Source: Nemertoderma westbladi
Lineage: Eukaryota > Animalia > Xenacoelomorpha
NCBI GenBank assembly: GCA_032718475.1
Contig: JAUCBJ010002872.1
Span: 1-62,273, forward strand
Reading direction: 5' to 3'
Length of the DNA: 62,273 bases
Shown: in pieces, positions 48,542-60,466 of the stretch
Numbering within the stretch: the stretch's first letter is position 1
How the letters are laid out: every line of letters starts with the position of its first letter
Notes under the pieces: model-generated
What the model was told of the DNA's origin: nothing
The model's database searches: none
Seen by the model: the letters and a program-made list of their open reading frames with translations, nothing else
Translations under genes and position numbers: made by a program

Positions 48542-50335
48542 GCGTTCCAGATTTTTGTAGAACTGACAGTTAAACTTTTAAATCCGTAGTTGTTCCTAGT
48601 ATTAGGTATTTTAATATTATGTGTTCTGGGATTTATTTAAGTATGCGTTTGTTCTTATAGTATTAAGAAATGGTAGTTGTAGTTTCTTAAATGGTGTACT
48701 TAGATTAAATATATATTTGTAGTAAAATTTTAATACAAAGTATTCTCGTAGAGCTGTCAGTGTAGGAAGTTTTGCTTTCGTTCGTAATTCGGTTCCTGTC
48801 ATGTTCTTGTTTTTCTTGTTATACACTACCCTTAAGCCGTAATTTTGTATTTTTTCTAACCCGTAAAGTATTCCCTTTGCACCGTAACTGTTTTGTATTG
48901 AAATTAGGACCTCGCAGCAGTAGTTATGATATGGTAGGACTGTCGCCTTGTATATATTAAGTTTAGATTTGAGTGGTAACTGTCCTTTTATCTGTCGTAG
49001 TCCGGAGATTGCTTGTGTCATTTTATGTTTTATATCGTTGATGTGTTGTGTTCCCTCCATTCCATTCTGTTGTCTATTAGTATTCCTAAATATTTAATTG
49101 ATTTGGATTGGTTAATTATCGTATTCGGATTAATTTTTAAGACAATCTCCTCAATATCAGGCGTTCTAGAATGCGGGCTTATAAGCATGAATTCGGTTTT
49201 TTATTGTTCAATTTTACTTTTAGGTCTGAAAATATTTCTTCAAGTGTGAGTATGTGTTTTTCTAAGGTTTGTGATGCTTTTAGAGGATCCTTATTTGTAC
49301 AGTATATAAGTCAGAAAGTGTATCATCTGCGTACTGTATCAAGTGTATATCCGGTATATTTGCTATGAAATTTACATAAATTACAAACAATATTGGCCCT
49401 AGAATGGCCCCCAGTGGAATTCCTCTAAGTACGAGTTGCCAAGTGGAGAAAACACCATTTGCTTTAGTGCGTTGATATCGTGGATAGAGAAACTATTAAT
49501 CATATTAATTGAAGTGCTATGAAATCCTAATTCTACTAGCTTACCTAAAAGAATTGAACGGTCTAGAGAATTAAATGCTTTACTTACTGTAGGTCTAGTG
49601 CACCTACGGCTACGTGTTTATTTTGGTTTAGGCTGTACCTCCAAGTTTCAGTGGCATAAATTATTGCGTCCCGTGTTGAAAAACCCCTACGAAAACCAAA
49701 TTGCGTTTTGTTTATCAAATTATTTTTATTTAGGTAATCACTTATCTGGTTGTATAATACTTTTTCGAATACTTTTTCTAATGTCGACGTTACAAATTGG
49801 TCTGTAATTCACTGGATCATTCCTATCACCATTTTTGAATAAAGGAGTAACATCGGCATATTTTAAGCGTTTTGGAAATATTGATCTTGTGATGCATTCA
49901 TTTATTAAATATGTAAATTGAAATATTATTTTGGGCGCCAACAATTGTATAATTTAGGGAGGTCATTTTGAAGGGCCTGCTGATTTATTTGTATTTATTT
50001 TAGAAAATATGTTATCTACTGTAATTTCATCCACGTTAACAAATCCGAATTGACAATTTAAATTAGTTTTATTATTAGTTGAAATTAGACCTGAATTTCG
50101 AATCGTACTTGTTAGTCCAGTGAATTTTCCCATAGCAATGTATGTATTATTTAGAATTTCCGCGATCCCTTTGCTTGTATTGCAAGTACACAGTTTGAGT
50201 TGGTTAATTGCTTTATTGTGCTGTTCTTACTACTTTTATTAAGGAGATTGTTTATTATCTTCCATTTGTCACTTGGTGAGACTGCTTCCCTGAATTGACT
50301 TTGAATGTATTTGTTTTTATTTTTACTGTTTAAGA
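48541..50335 (-). mobile_element. CR1/L2-group (Crack-like) LINE, decayed; longer paralogue of 24477-25306
   Basis: KWKIINNLL, FPKRLKYADVTPLFKNGDRNDPVNYRPI, GIPLGAILGP, YADD remnant. Many small indels. Confidence 0.85.
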
Positions 50336-51728
50336 CATTAAAAGCATTGTAGATCTGTATATCTACGGAAAATGTATACCTCTCTGTCTGTCTGTCTGTT
50401 GCTCCTTGCTGCCTTATCAGCTTATAGTACAACTGTACAAGTACAAGTGTACAGTACAGCAGTACTGCAGTAGTGCAGTGCAGTACTCCCGGCTGACCGG
50501 TACCGGCTGACGCTGACCAGTCTGCCAGTTCACAGTCGGACAGTTGCCAGTATTTATTTATTTATATTCAGCAGTAAGGTCAGCAGAAGGCAGGTACAGT
50601 CCACAGTCAGTCAGTTGATATCTTTTTGTACAGCCAGATTCTGGCTGGATTCTGTCATCTTTAAGCTGTTAAGTCAGTAAGTGGAAATCCAGCTGTCACC
50701 CTCACCCTGTCAGCCTGTCACCCGTAGCTTATCATTTTGTCATTAGAATACCAGAATATTGAAATTTAAACGGGCACTCTCAATAACATTTGGGCACGGA
50801 AATATTAGTATCATTCTGTCATTCAGTCATTACACATTACAGCATTAGCTGATTCAGTGATTAGACAGTTAGTGCCAGCCTGCCAGGCGTGGCGCTCCCA
50901 AAAATAAAAACCGGCGCTGATTTATTGGTTTAACAATTACGGAAGTGCCTTCAAATTTCATTTAGCTGTTTAAATGGTTGTAAATGGTTGTATGGTACTG
51001 CTGTACAGGGATATAGGTACAGCAGTGCAGTACTGACATTGGCAGACTGGTTTCACTCTGTCACTCCTTCAAAATTTAAATTGCATTGGCTGATTGGCGC
51101 GGCGCTCTTCAAAATTGTTTCTATGTGCGGCACGCTTAAAAATTTCGTAGGGGCAAGTTGTTATTGAAAATATATTACTATATTATTACTATATATTATA
51201 TAAAATCGAAACCGCTCTGGAATACATTACGTTTTATTGATTTTATTCCGGTTTAAAGTTGGCGTAACGGTCGTGCCTGAAATGGACAAGCTTTTTAGAG
51301 ACTCTCCTACACATTATAAATTTCTATCGAATTTATTGTACTTATTTGCCGTTACTTACTGACTTATGTCAGACTAACATGTTAATAGATAGAGTTTCAA
51401 ATGAAATTAACAGTATGGCAATATAATAATATTAGAGAATGTGGCAATCAATTAACCAGCGTAACGGTCGTGACATAGTTTCGTAACGGTCTGACGGTTG
51501 TGACATTATCGATTTTCACGTAAATCTGAACTTCAAAAAATGGTAAGGTATTAGGGCAGGGTTAAGTATTGATATCGATTTCAGGCAGGTTTTCTTTTAC
51601 GCTGATTTTAATGGAAGGCTTTTTACATTCCGCAATTGAACACATCTACCATTTTTAGTGCTAAAATGAAAAGTGCAAGTAACCAGCATTTTTCAAATTA
51701 GTGAAAACAACTAGAATTGTAGGAATGG

Positions 51729-53544
51729 CAGTCGGTGAGAAGTCAAAAATTGGACTTCAAGTCCAATTTTAGACTTCAAGTCCAATTTTGGACTCCAAAG
51801 TCCAATATTGGACTTTAGTACAACTCCAAGTGTACCCATACTGCCATACTGTATATCGGTATTTAAATCAAAACGGCATCCCATATCAGTACATATATAT
51901 TACATAATTATAATGCAACATTATTTTAATGATCAAATTAATTATTATATGTATTATACTGTTATAAACAGGGATCGCACACGTACAGTCAGACAGTCAG
52001 ACATCTGTCAGTCAGTAGTTACTTTTTGCGGTAGTGGTATAGCTTTGCACTTTGCGGTAGCCTTACTGCCTTAGCCAGTTAGCGGTGTATACCGCGGTAG
52101 CGTAGTTGAGTTATAGCTGTATAGTTCATTCATACCCACAGACCCATACTGCCATACCTGTCAGCCTGTGGTATTTTCGTATGGCAAAAATAAGACTACT
52201 GTAAACTGTAACCTATTGTGTTATTGAATTATTAGAACAAAACCACCTCCGCTTTGCAGGACATCGCTTTAAGCCATGGAGGACCAGCCAGTGCACCTCA
52301 TGGAGTGAATAAGCATGGTGGACAGCCCATGACTTTCTTGAGACGCATCTTTCTTACTGTCTTAAAGGACACTGGCCTTGAAGATGCGGATGATCTATTA
52401 TAGGGCCAATCTGCCTATATATATAATGCAGCTGCAATGAATCATGCCGATTGTAGTAGTAGTATGTGGTGAGGTTATAGGGCTCCTTCAATTGGTAAAG
52501 TCAAAAGTGGGCGTTTATTGTTTTAGTTAGAAAAGCCTGCCTCTGTAACCTGTTCCTTTCCCTCAATTGGTTTATGATTATGACGTGTGTTACTTGCTAC
52601 TTCTGTACTTATTATGTGGAGACCCCAACACGTTAATCAGTTACTAATCCCATTTCATTATCCTGTTATCCAGCCGTTTTATAATACCCTCCCTGTTGTA
52701 TGGAAAAATTAGAAGAGATGGTGGTAGCATCAACTTGTAGTATTTCTTTCTGATAGGGCTCCCATAGCCTTAGACGAAATCGTAGCTTGTACTGTAGTTA
52801 GTAGCCTTAGCAGCAGCTGCAGTTGGCTAACCTGGCATTGCTACCAGTATCCACCAAATATAATTTGTAATTAAATATTTGTTGGAGCATAATCTAATCT
52901 AGTCCTAAAGACACTGTAAAGTCCTGGGTACATAAGGCTGTAAGGTTAGACATAACATGAATGTAAATTGTAAACTAAACAATCTGCTAAAAGTAAAGTA
53001 CAAAGTACCTAGAATGCTAGAATGTACCATGTATCTGCAGTGTAATGAATGACTGTACTGTACTTAGAATAATATTCTAAGTACAGTACAATAGAGTAAT
53101 AATACAAGCAGAATAATATTCTAAGTACAGTACAGTCATTCATTACACTGCAGATACATACAGAGCTGCAAAGGTAACTTTCCATAACTTAACAGCTGTC
53201 TGGCTGTCTCTCATCTGTCATGCTTCATGTACCTTTAAGTTCGATTCTCAATGTCACGTCCAAAATTGGACTTAAAGTCCAATATTGGACTTTTGTAAAA
53301 ATTCAAAGCCTTATAAAAAAAGTTCCCCCTGGTGAATTTCAGGTCCCCCTGTTCAAAACTCTTATTTTTTGATATATTTTCGATTAAAGAAAAAAAATCC
53401 CGCCCGATCCAATTACCCAAGGCCCTGGAACAATTGGCTGATTTGAAGTCCAATATTGGACTCACAGAAGTCCAATTTTGGACTTGAACTGGAGTCGAAG
53501 TCCAATTTTGGACTCAAGTCCAATTTTTGACTTCTCACCGACTG
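51729..53544. mobile_element. Non-autonomous DNA transposon with CAG..CTG ends and 5-bp TSD (superfamily uncertain)
   Basis: Perfect 29-bp TIR CAGTCGGTGAGAAGTCAAAAATTGGACTT. TSD AATGG (51724-51728, 53545-53549). AAGTCCAATTTTGGACT subterminal repeats. Contains a decayed RTE piece (~52235-52463) and a palindrome (~53029-53159). Confidence 0.88.
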
Positions 53545-54279
53545 AATGGTGTTTATTTCAATTACATAAAGGTTTTTTGGTACGCCGATTTCAATCTGTC
53601 AATGGAAGGCTTTTTAAATTCCGCAGTTGAACACAGAACACACATACCATTTTTGGAGCTAAAATGAAAAGTGCAAGTAACCAGCATTTTTCAAATTAGT
53701 GAAAACAACTAGAATTGTAGGAATGGTGTTTATGTCAATTACATGCAGGTATTCTGGCATTCTGGTACGCCGATTTCAATGGGAGGCTTTTTAAATTCCG
53801 CAGTTGAACACAGACCACACTACACATACCATTTTTGGTCTAAAATGAAAAGTGCAAGTAAACAGCATTTTTCAAATTAATGAAAACAACTAGACTTGTA
53901 GGAATGGTTTTTATGGAAGGCTTTTTAATTTCCGTAGTTGAATGCACCTACCATTTTTGGTGCTAAAATGAAAAGCTGAAAAGTGCAAGTAACCAGTATT
54001 TTTCAAATTAGTGAAAACAACTACTAGACTTGTAGGAATGGTCAGATGGTGTTTATTTCAATTACATACAGGTTTTCTGGTGCGCCGATTTCAATTGAAG
54101 GCTTTTTAAATTCAACAGTTGAACACACCTAGACCTACCATTTTTGGTGCTAAAATGAAAAGTGCAAGTAACCAGCATTTTTCAAATTAGTGAAAACAAC
54201 AAGAATTGTAGGAATGGTGTTTATTTCAATTACATACTGGTTTTCTGGTACGCCGATTTCAATGGAAGGCTTTTTAAAT

Positions 54280-55976
54280 AGGATGGCTAAAACGTCTGTC
54301 CTTATCTGATCTGATCTGATCTGATCTGACGGTATCTGACACTTGTTCCACCTTGGTTCAGAGCGCACCTTGGTGTAGTGGTTATATTGAATTCACATCT
54401 CTCGGAGGTTGTGGGTTCAACCCCGGCATGGGGCCAAGGTAGTTTTCGTTTCGGCACGAATGTTTTGAAGGGTTTAGCGAGGCATCTCTGCCTTGCATCC
54501 TTAAATGGTAGCTAAATGAGTACTGGACTTTCTGCCTATGTCAGCATGTGAAGTTTCCCCGGTATTCCCCTTAAACCCGGGGGGTGTCAATATAATACTT
54601 CCCGCTCTGAAACTAACGATACTAACTAAAATACTAACTGAAACTAACTAAAAGGAATTCAAATAAATAAGCTAGAAATTTTAAATTTGTTTTTTGCGGC
54701 TGGTGCCAAATTTTGGTGTCGGTCCATGTGAAGAATACCGCCCATGTGAAGCATACCAGGATTTCACTTTTCGGTTGACTTTTATTGGAATTTTATATTT
54801 GAAGGTTTTAATTCTTTTTTAATTTATCTTTATTGAGTGTATTATAGAGCTTATTTATGTCTTATAACCTGCACATATACTAATTCGTTTATTGTTTTGG
54901 TTATATTCAGTGTAACCTGTGTTTTTGGTGAAAACCTGGTATTCTTCACATGTACTGCAAAGTAAAATAAAACGGCAGAAAGTCTGGTATTCTTCGCCCA
55001 TGTGAAGAATACAAGGATTTCATTTTTCGGTCGATATTTTTTATTAAATTTGTCTTTATTAAGTGTTTTATGCGCGTGCGCGATGTCCTTTATTTTTTGA
55101 GGGGGATGATCTATTGATCAGTCAGTAGGACGGTTAGTAAGAAGGTGACCGGTGTAACTGTGTAAACAAGCCGCCGCGGTAACATATTCTACTTTCCCTC
55201 AATTGGTAGGTAACAAAATCGTTTATTGTTTTGGTTAGAAAACCCTGTCTCGGTAACCTGCTCCTTTCCCAATTTGTAGGTAACAACGTCGTTTATTGTT
55301 TTGGTTAGAAATTACAGCCGCTGTAACCTGCTCTTTTCCTTCAATTGGAAGGTAATAAGTGTTTATAAATTCCCACATTCCCATCCACCTTCCCCTATTC
55401 TTTAATAAATAGTAAAATTAATAAATTTCTTAAATTTCATACATATTTTAAATGTAATATATTAATAAGAATCATTACCGTACTTAATTAATAATATTAA
55501 TTATAATTAATATAATTAACTTTAACTATTAATAATGATAACTATTAACAAGAAAGATTTACGAGAAAAATATTGCAGCAAATGCTGTATTGTTTTTAAT
55601 AAAAGTTGAATATTTCAACACCAACTAACAGACTAAATCTACGAAAGTTGTTTACATCTGAAATTATCCATCTTGTTGGGACAATCACACAACTTTCATA
55701 CCCACCATCCTTCATCCTACTGTATATCGCATTTTTAATATATAATAACATGCCTTTGTGCATTTAGATGCATACCGATATGCCTGTACTGCTACTTCAT
55801 ATGATGATACTGATACGTAACAGGAAACCTGAAACGTGATCCCCTATTCAGCTATTGGCTATTTACCTAACAGACAGTTAGGTAAATATTATATCTCTTT
55901 CTCCTGATTGATTATAGGATCAGATGCTGTCAGATCAGATCAGATCAGATAAGGACAGACGTTTTATTCTACCTCC
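54280..55976. mobile_element. Mutator-like non-autonomous element (9-10-bp TSD)
   Basis: Inverted TAAAACGTCTGTCCTTATCTGATCTGATC.. near both ends. TSD (C)TTTTTAAAT. Empty site at ~39298-39307. Confidence 0.7.
54361..54600 (+). mobile_element. tRNA-derived SINE
   Basis: A box TGGTGTAGTGG and B box GGTTCAACCCC, then a non-tRNA body. Homologous copy on the minus strand at 57680-57825. Confidence 0.7.
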
Positions 55977-56826
55977 TTTTTAAATTCCGCAGTTGAACAC
56001 ACCTACCATTTTTGGTGCTAAAATGAGAATTGCAAGAGGAAATAAACATAATTTTCAAATTTTGTAGATTATATGTAAGCAGCCATACGTTCTACTGTTC
56101 TATGTACTGATGTAGTACTGTAAGCTGATATTTTGGTTATTGTTATTATGTGTACATTACCTGATTACAGTATAATTATAATTACATCCTACCGGTGTCA
56201 TAAATGATACAAATTAATTTATACTGTATAATACAGTAATAACGATTCCTAAGGTTTGTGTCACAATCGTTACGGCCACAAGTGCTCTTATGGCACTTTA
56301 TACAGTTATAGCGCGTACCGGTATTGACAATAGTTTTTGTTTGAAGTACTTAAACTACACCTACATAGGCCCTACAGACATACAGGCTTGTGGCCGTTCT
56401 GTGATCTGCTGGTTGATATTGAGATTATTTATTGAGGACTAATATAGTATAGGAACGAAACAACAGCTGGTTAAGATATGCATGACAAACTGAAAGTATT
56501 TAACACGGATTTAACACAAGGCTGCAAGGCACAAAATCTAATTAGTTAAAATCACAAATTAAATTTTAAAAAGTATAAAGTCTAAGTAGGGCCTACTGTA
56601 CGTAAGTTAAAGGCTCGGTATCACAAATTAATTAAAATCACGAATTTAATTTATGAATGTATGCAGGCTAAGTTAAAAGGTAAAATCATGCTTAAAATCA
56701 CATTAAAATCTCTGAAAATATTTAATTTATAGCACCACTTAATTAAAATCATAAATTGAATTTAATAATTGTATGTAGATTAAAATGTACCGGTTTGTCT
56801 CTCGTACCTTGATTATTTAAAATTTA

Positions 56827-57229
56827 TCCGATTATTTAGAGCAGCAGTAGTTCCAGTACTCCTCGATGGGCTGGGCTCTAACTGCTGAGGACATCAAATC
56901 TATGGATGGCACATTCACAAGAATTATACGCCGGGTTCATTGTGTCAAGTACAATGCACACATCTTCAACCAGACACTATATAACATTGGAGGTGTCTCA
57001 TTGGTTCCCCCAAGCTTGACACTAGAACAAAGCCATGAGGACCAGCCAGTGCATAATCTCGTGATTTGGCAGCCTCATGGAGTGAAGAAGCATGGTGGAC
57101 AGCCCATGACTTTCTTGAGACGCATCTTAAAGGACACTGGCCTTGAAGATGCGGATGATCTAGCAAATGTCATAGGTGATAGGGAGTTGTGGTGGCGCAA
57201 TTTTGTCGACAAGCCGGCACAGCATTCTT
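56827..57229 (+). mobile_element. RTE LINE 3' fragment (paralogue of 40215-40642)
   Basis: Same boundaries and flanks as the unit 1 copy. Confidence 0.9.
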
Positions 57230-57679
57230 GTAATTTAAAAGCATGCCAATTGTCAATTATCTTATCCGTATGTGCCTTGTTCTTTTGTTACTGTGACTAT
57301 AATCTGCTCCGCTCCTTTCTGTTACAGCGACCTCATCGTTTATTATAATTGAGTCGCTTGAAATTTATAATAGAGAAGAGCGTGATATACATTAAACTAG
57401 GGATGTCCCGGAATTCCGTTCCGGCCGGAATTCCGGCGGTTTTTGCCCGTTTCCGGTTCCGGCCGGAATTGCCGGAATGGGGTCAATTCCGGCCGGAATT
57501 TTACCGGAATTACAAGGTTCATATCTAGTTTAATAGCTGCAATTAGTTTGTTAAATTATTATCAACATTTATATTCATATTATTATTATTATCAATATTA
57601 CCAATTAGTTTAAGATACTTTTCAACACTTGTAAAAAAGTATAGAAATAAAGTTTTTTTCGACCGTTAGAGCTAACATT

Positions 57680-57825
57680 TGGATGCAAGGCATAGATGCC
57701 CCCTGGTTAGCCACTTCAAACTATTCGTGCCGAATCGAAAACTGCCTTTGCCCACATGCAGGGATCAAACCCACGACCTCCAGATAGATTGGAATTCAAT
57801 GCAACCAATACACCAAGGTGGAACC
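57680..57825 (-). mobile_element. tRNA-derived SINE (5' part) nested in the hAT element
   Basis: Reverse-complement similarity to 54365-54510. Confidence 0.65.
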
Positions 57826-58065
57826 TAACTAACCTATGTAACGAGGGAAAATTCACAGCCACCCTGTTTATTACAATGAATTCAGTCTTGATGGGTATGT
57901 AACACATTTCCAAAAAAAAATACACCTGGTATTCAAACTAAAGTGGTCCCACCATGTGTTACACCACTCACTGTAGTACTCATGTACAATTCATAACCGG
58001 TTTAATTTACATTAACTAATTAAACCCTTTGTCGTTCTGAAGATATTTTATGAAATGCATCATTA

Positions 58066-58398
58066 GGCCCGTGCTCCACTGGTAAGTCGCTTAGTCAGAA
58101 TGTCAAAATGAATGGCTCCTGGCTCCATTGGTAACACAAGTCATAAGTCAATTGATAAAAAAATATAAGGTGCGTCTCACATTTACTGCATATTTATTAT
58201 ACCCAAAGTAACCAATCAGAGGCATCTTGCCGGATATAACACATGATTCATATGTCAAAAGATGGAACATGGGACATAATCACAGTCGTAACTTACGATT
58301 TACCATTGGAGACGCTAACATTGAATTATTTGAAACCAATGTGTTCCATAATTTATTCTGACTAAGACTACATAAGACTTACCAGTGGAGCACTGGCC
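58066..58398. mobile_element. PIF/Harbinger (Tourist-like) MITE nested in the hAT element
   Basis: TIR GGCCCGTGCTCCACTGGTAAGTC / GACTTACCAGTGGAGCACTGGCC. TTA TSD on both sides. Confidence 0.88.
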
Positions 58399-59233
58399 TT
58401 AGCGTGTAGTTTTTCCAATTTGCTTATAAAATGGCGTTTTTTAGATTGATTTTACATTATTTTACATTGAATTTAAATTATTTTACATTGATTTTATATT
58501 ATTTTACTTTGCATTAATTATTAAATAATATGATAATTACAGGAGGCTAAATAAATTGCTAACCTTCTAAAGTTAGCAATGAAACTCGATTAACGATTAA
58601 CACAATATTTACAATTACTACTTTAACCTAAAACTAATATAAATATAAAACGTTATTACAATACGTACAGGTCCTGCGAGTGGTCGTTAGTTCAGTTCTG
58701 CGTCGTAGGTGCTGCATAATATAGTAGTTTAATTTATATTTACAGCAAATCCATTTCTTACCATAAATATATTTATTCCCAGCAATAATTAAACTGTAAC
58801 ATGTACTATTGGCCTCGTTTATTGTTTTGGTTCGAATAACATGTCACTGTAACATGCTCCTTTCCCTTAAAGACACCAGGATATTGCACCAATGGACCTA
58901 ATGACGCGATAGGCCGTAACAAACAGCTCAGGTCATTCTCCACTCCACCCACCTTAATTCCCCCAAGGTTCTGAGTCATCTCATTAACAAACTTACTGTA
59001 GAAATTTAAAAAATTCATTTGTTTCATAAAAAATTATAAAATTTCCTGGGTCATTTAGTGTATTTCACTAATTATAGAAAATTCCGGTTCCGGCCGGAAT
59101 TCCGGCCGGAATATTCCGGCATGTTGAATTCCGGTTCCGGCCGGAATCAAAATATCGATTCCGGGACATCCCTACATTAAACTACTGCCACCTGTATTTA
59201 ATTTATCGATTAATACTTAATTAAGATTTCATA

Positions 59234-60466
59234 ATGGATCAACATACTAATTTATTGAAAGAGAAATCTTCTGGTGCCGGTATAATTATAAAGAGCGAAC
59301 CAACCGACTATATAATCCTAAACAAAGAACCAACAGACTTTATAATTATAAAGAAAGAACCAACAGACTTTATAATTATAAAGAGAGAACCAACAGACTG
59401 TATGATTATAAAAAGAGAACCAGCAGACTCTACCCCCTATTCTCTTGATGTTAAACAAGAGAACTGCGTTCACGGATCATCTCCCATCGAAGAGCACAAC
59501 AATTTGTTCGGTAGAGTAGATGTTGTCCCTTTACTAGATGACGAAGATATTTCTTATGAACCATCTGGAGATTCTTTTATTGTTGAAAAACGGGAAAACG
59601 ACAGCCCAGAGTGTTCTTATGGTAGGCCTATTGAAACTGAAGGTACAGAAGCGACAATCAGTTGTGCAACAACAGAGTCAGGTAGTTCTAATGAAACGGT
59701 TGGGGAGTTGGTATCTTCTTCAGATACCAGTTCCTGTTTGCATTGCAATGAATTATTTAATAACAAAGGAAATTTAGAGAGACATATAGAATCCGTTCAT
59801 AAAGACATCAAGAATAAGTATAAATGCGAGTATTGTGAGAAACAGTTTAAATGTAAGCTTGGTGTAAAGAAGCATGTTAACTCTATCCATAAAGGTATAA
59901 AATATAATTGCAGTTATTGTAATAAAGAATTCTGCGTGCAAATTAATCTGAACACCCATGTGAACTACTTTCATAAAGATATCAAGTACAACTGTCTCGA
60001 TTGTGGAAAATCATTTAGTACAAAAGTCGAACTAAAACGACATGTCGACTCTATACATAAAGGTATCAAATATAAGTGCGGTTATTGTCATAAAGAATTC
60101 AGTCAGCAAGGGAATCTATACACCCATGTGAACTACTTTCATAAAGATATCAAGTACAACTGTTTTGATTGTGGAAAATCATTTGCTAGAAAATACGTAC
60201 TAAAACGACATGTCGACTCTATACATAAAGGTATCAAATATAAGTGCGGTTATTGTAATAAAGAATTCAGCCTACAAAGGAGTCTAAACACCCACGTTAA
60301 CTTTGTCCACAAAGGTATCATCAAGTACAACTGCTTCGATTGTGGAAAATCATTTGCTACAAAAGCCGAACTAAAACGACATGTCGACTCATCACTCTTA
60401 CGCATAAAGATATCAAATATAAGTGCGGTTATTGTCATAAAGAATTCAGTCAGCAAGGGAATCTAA
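59234..60466 (+). CDS. C2H2 zinc-finger protein, paralogue 2 (410 aa; 5 IIIKxEP-type repeats, 7 complete fingers, frameshift in finger 8); possibly a pseudogene
   Basis: Nearly identical to paralogue 1 up to finger 3. Small insertions at ~60390, ~60617 and ~60746 break the frame of further fingers, which continue to ~60985. Confidence 0.8.
   Translation: MDQHTNLLKEKSSGAGIIIKSEPTDYIILNKEPTDFIIIKKEPTDFIIIKREPTDCMIIKREPADSTPYSLDVKQENCVHGSSPIEEHNNLFGRVDVVPLLDDEDISYEPSGDSFIVEKRENDSPECSYGRPIETEGTEATISCATTESGSSNETVGELVSSSDTSSCLHCNELFNNKGNLERHIESVHKDIKNKYKCEYCEKQFKCKLGVKKHVNSIHKGIKYNCSYCNKEFCVQINLNTHVNYFHKDIKYNCLDCGKSFSTKVELKRHVDSIHKGIKYKCGYCHKEFSQQGNLYTHVNYFHKDIKYNCFDCGKSFARKYVLKRHVDSIHKGIKYKCGYCNKEFSLQRSLNTHVNFVHKGIIKYNCFDCGKSFATKAELKRHVDSSLLRIKISNISAVIVIKNSVSKGI

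Larger units (their letters stand above)
57398..59174. mobile_element. Non-autonomous hAT element inserted just upstream of the ATG of ZF paralogue 2
   Basis: TIR TAGGGATGTCCCGGAAT / ATTCCGGGACATCCCTA. 8-bp TSD CATTAAAC (57390-57397, 59175-59182). Empty site at 40803-40810. CCGGAATTCCGG subterminal repeats. Confidence 0.93.

Noticed and set aside
54361-54435. tRNA gene
   Set aside because: A and B boxes are present, but there is no clean cloverleaf and homology to 57680-57825 extends past the tRNA part, so it is a SINE.
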